Shown in pieces: positions 34,446 to 35,662 of a stretch of 35,662 bases of DNA (within the stretch, counting starts at the first letter, position 1; the number at the start of each line of letters is the position of its first letter). The notes below the pieces were generated by a model, which made no database searches, had not been told where the DNA came from, and saw only the letters and a program-made list of their open reading frames with translations. The position numbers and the translations under genes are program-made. Source of the stretch: an uncultured Candidatus Saccharibacteria bacterium. GTDB taxonomy: Bacteria; Patescibacteriota; Minisyncoccia; Phycocordibacterales; PALSA-1337. Location: contig CAYGGI010000003.1 of assembly GCA_964349525.1 (NCBI GenBank), positions 1 to 35,662 on the forward strand. Reading direction: 5' to 3'.

Positions 34446-35027
34446 CTAGAAATTCAACTTCTCAAAATGGCTTCTTCTTGCCCTTCGGGTAATATCGCAG
34501 ACTTGGCGAAGAGCCATTGAAAGTCTGTTCATGAGAAACAGCACCTCAACTTTTTTCAAGAAACTTTCCTTTACATTTTTTACTGCGCTGACATAATCAC
34601 CGTCATTTGAAATAAGTATGGCAGTATCAAATTTACCAAGTGCTGCCATCGTGACCATGTCTGTTGCCAGCTGTGTGTCGACATTCTTTTCTTGCAGATT
34701 GCCTTTTGATCCTCTCAAGTCGCCGTACTTGACTTGAAGCAATGGAGATAACTTCTCTATGGCAGCGTAGTATTGCAATGTTGTACTATGTTTCTTGATA
34801 CCTTTTTCACCTTCTTCTAACAAATACGACGGTGGTTTGACACAATAGAAACTCACATGCACAAGTTCACGATTTCCAGCGAGTTTCTGGGCTAAGGTTA
34901 GGGGATTGTAGAAACAAACCCACGAAGGATCACTTATCTTCAGATCATGGAGACTTCTGAATACATTACTGTTGTCAATAAATACGGCAATTTTATTTGG
35001 ACTTGTAGTGGGGTTTGAGGCTTCCAT
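34446..35027 (-). CDS. NYN-domain (LabA/DUF88, PIN-like) ribonuclease
   Basis: VFIDNSN, EKNVD..LATDM and ILISNDGDY acidic motifs; alternative start at 35036. Confidence 0.9.
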   Translation of the reverse strand: MEASNPTTSPNKIAVFIDNSNVFRSLHDLKISDPSWVCFYNPLTLAQKLAGNRELVHVSFYCVKPPSYLLEEGEKGIKKHSTTLQYYAAIEKLSPLLQVKYGDLRGSKGNLQEKNVDTQLATDMVTMAALGKFDTAILISNDGDYVSAVKNVKESFLKKVEVLFLMNRLSMALRQVCDITRRARRSHFEKLNF

Positions 35028-35054
35028 GACCGCCATTTTACAGGAAATCTAGAC

Positions 35055-35121
35055 AAAACAAAAGAGCCCGAAGGCTCTCTCGTTACTTACCACTGCCGAA
35101 GCGGGTGATAAGGACTTCTTA
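35055..35121 (-). ncRNA. candidate small RNA upstream of the NYN gene (two UUCG hairpins, terminator)
   Basis: CTTATCAC-cc-GC-TTCG-GC-a-GTGGTAAG and AGAGCC-TTCG-GGCTCT-TTTGTTTT; promoter upstream. Confidence 0.55.
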
Positions 35122-35127
35122 TTCACT

Positions 35128-35156
35128 ATACTATTCTAGGTGATTTTAGAAGTCAA
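35128..35156 (-). promoter_or_regulatory. sigma70 promoter TTGACT-N17-TAGTAT for the NYN-associated RNA
   Basis: -35 at 35156-35151, -10 at 35133-35128. Confidence 0.6.
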
Positions 35157-35211
35157 TAGGGGGTATGTGAATAACTATAATAAATGCTTAATCCGAAACT
35201 TGTCCTTTCGT

Positions 35212-35310
35212 GTGCCGGGGAGAGGACTTGGTCACTGGTTCTCGCCTGCTGGCTCGCCCCGCGACCCCGCCTCGGTCGCCTTCGCGACCTCCGGCTTTCA
35301 AGTCCTCCCA
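35212..35310 (-). repeat. structured element ending in a 19-bp duplication of the tRNA-Leu(TAG) 3' end
   Basis: GTGCCGGGGAGAGGACTTG at 35212-35230 and 35356-35374; an inverted partial copy near 35299-35309 closes a multi-branch fold. Confidence 0.7.
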
Positions 35311-35353
35311 CAGAAATAAAAATAGCATGAGACAAGCTCACGCTATTTTCATT

Positions 35354-35439
35354 TGGTGCCGGGGAGAGGACTTGAACCTCCATGGGTTACCCCGTCTGCT
35401 CCTAAGGCAGGTGCGTCTAGCCAATTTCGCCACCCCGGC
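35354..35439 (-). tRNA. tRNA-Leu(TAG)
   Basis: GCCGGGG/CCCCGGC acceptor stem, CTGC-ctTAGga-GCAG anticodon arm, variable arm, encoded CCA. Confidence 0.95.
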
Positions 35440-35484
35440 ATTTTTTCCTACGATATGTACATATTTCCCATGTACATCATCTTG

Positions 35485-35557
35485 TGCGCCTACTTGGGAT
35501 CGAACCAAGGACCTTCTCGTTAAGAGCGAGCTGCTCTACCAGCTGAGCTATAGGCGC
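35485..35557 (-). tRNA. tRNA-Lys(CTT)
   Basis: GCGCCTA/TAGGCGC acceptor stem, CTCG-ctCTTaa-CGAG anticodon arm, GGTTCGATCCC. Confidence 0.95.
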
Positions 35558-35609
35558 ATGTGTGCAAAAAATATAACAGAAATATACTAAATTAGCAATT
35601 TTGATTTTG

Positions 35610-35662
35610 TGCTCGAGGTGGGAATCGAACCCACATGCCTTGCGGCGACAAATTTTAAGTCT
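35610..35662 (-). tRNA. tRNA-Leu(TAA), 5' part outside the window
   Basis: ctTAAaa anticodon loop, variable arm GCC-GCAA-GGC, GTGGGTTCGATTCCCAC T-arm. Confidence 0.88.

Noticed and set aside
35212..35230. attL/attR of a prophage or integrative island at tRNA-Leu
   Set aside because: The repeats are only 144 bp apart and no integrase or phage genes are in the window; kept instead as a miniature element
35153..35590. ORFs 35153-35383 and 35210-35590, and similar ORFs over tRNAs (802-1101, 1135-1317, 26576-26823)
   Set aside because: Shadow frames across tRNA genes and repeats

Overview
35.7-kb chromosomal segment, most likely from a Patescibacteria/CPR (Parcubacteria-like) bacterium. This is inferred from the VirB2/TrbC-like pilin array, CPR-style bS21, short S1, stand-alone SWIB protein and absence of biosynthetic genes; it uses genetic code 11. 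The housekeeping backbone is trxB, ftsZ, ftsA, ybeY, rpsU, a degenerate hisS paralogue, lepB, pth, rpsA, gyrA, uppP, an ABC-F ATPase and six tRNA genes (one truncated by the window edge). Self-contained accessory cassettes are scattered through it. The most notable pattern is three nuclease-fold genes, each paired with a candidate separately promoted small structured RNA. Two unrelated DUF3800 (RNase H-like) genes each face a convergent sigma70-promoted RNA with GNRA-capped hairpins (about 69-116 and 20944-21035). An NYN RNase gene is preceded by a two-hairpin UUCG RNA with a terminator (about 35055-35121). This suggests RNA-partnered toxin/defence modules, which is inference. Other observations: a covarying two-hairpin repeat on both sides of ftsZ; a structured insert duplicating the tRNA-Leu 3' end; ORFs abutting tRNA 3' ends; apparently widespread leaderless genes; a Panacea toxin-antitoxin pair; a 2OG-Fe(II) oxygenase split by one in-frame TGA; an inverted pilin duplicate; and an rpsA leader hairpin. 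No CRISPR array, integrase or transposase was recognised. All calls are by eye, with no database searches or folding software.
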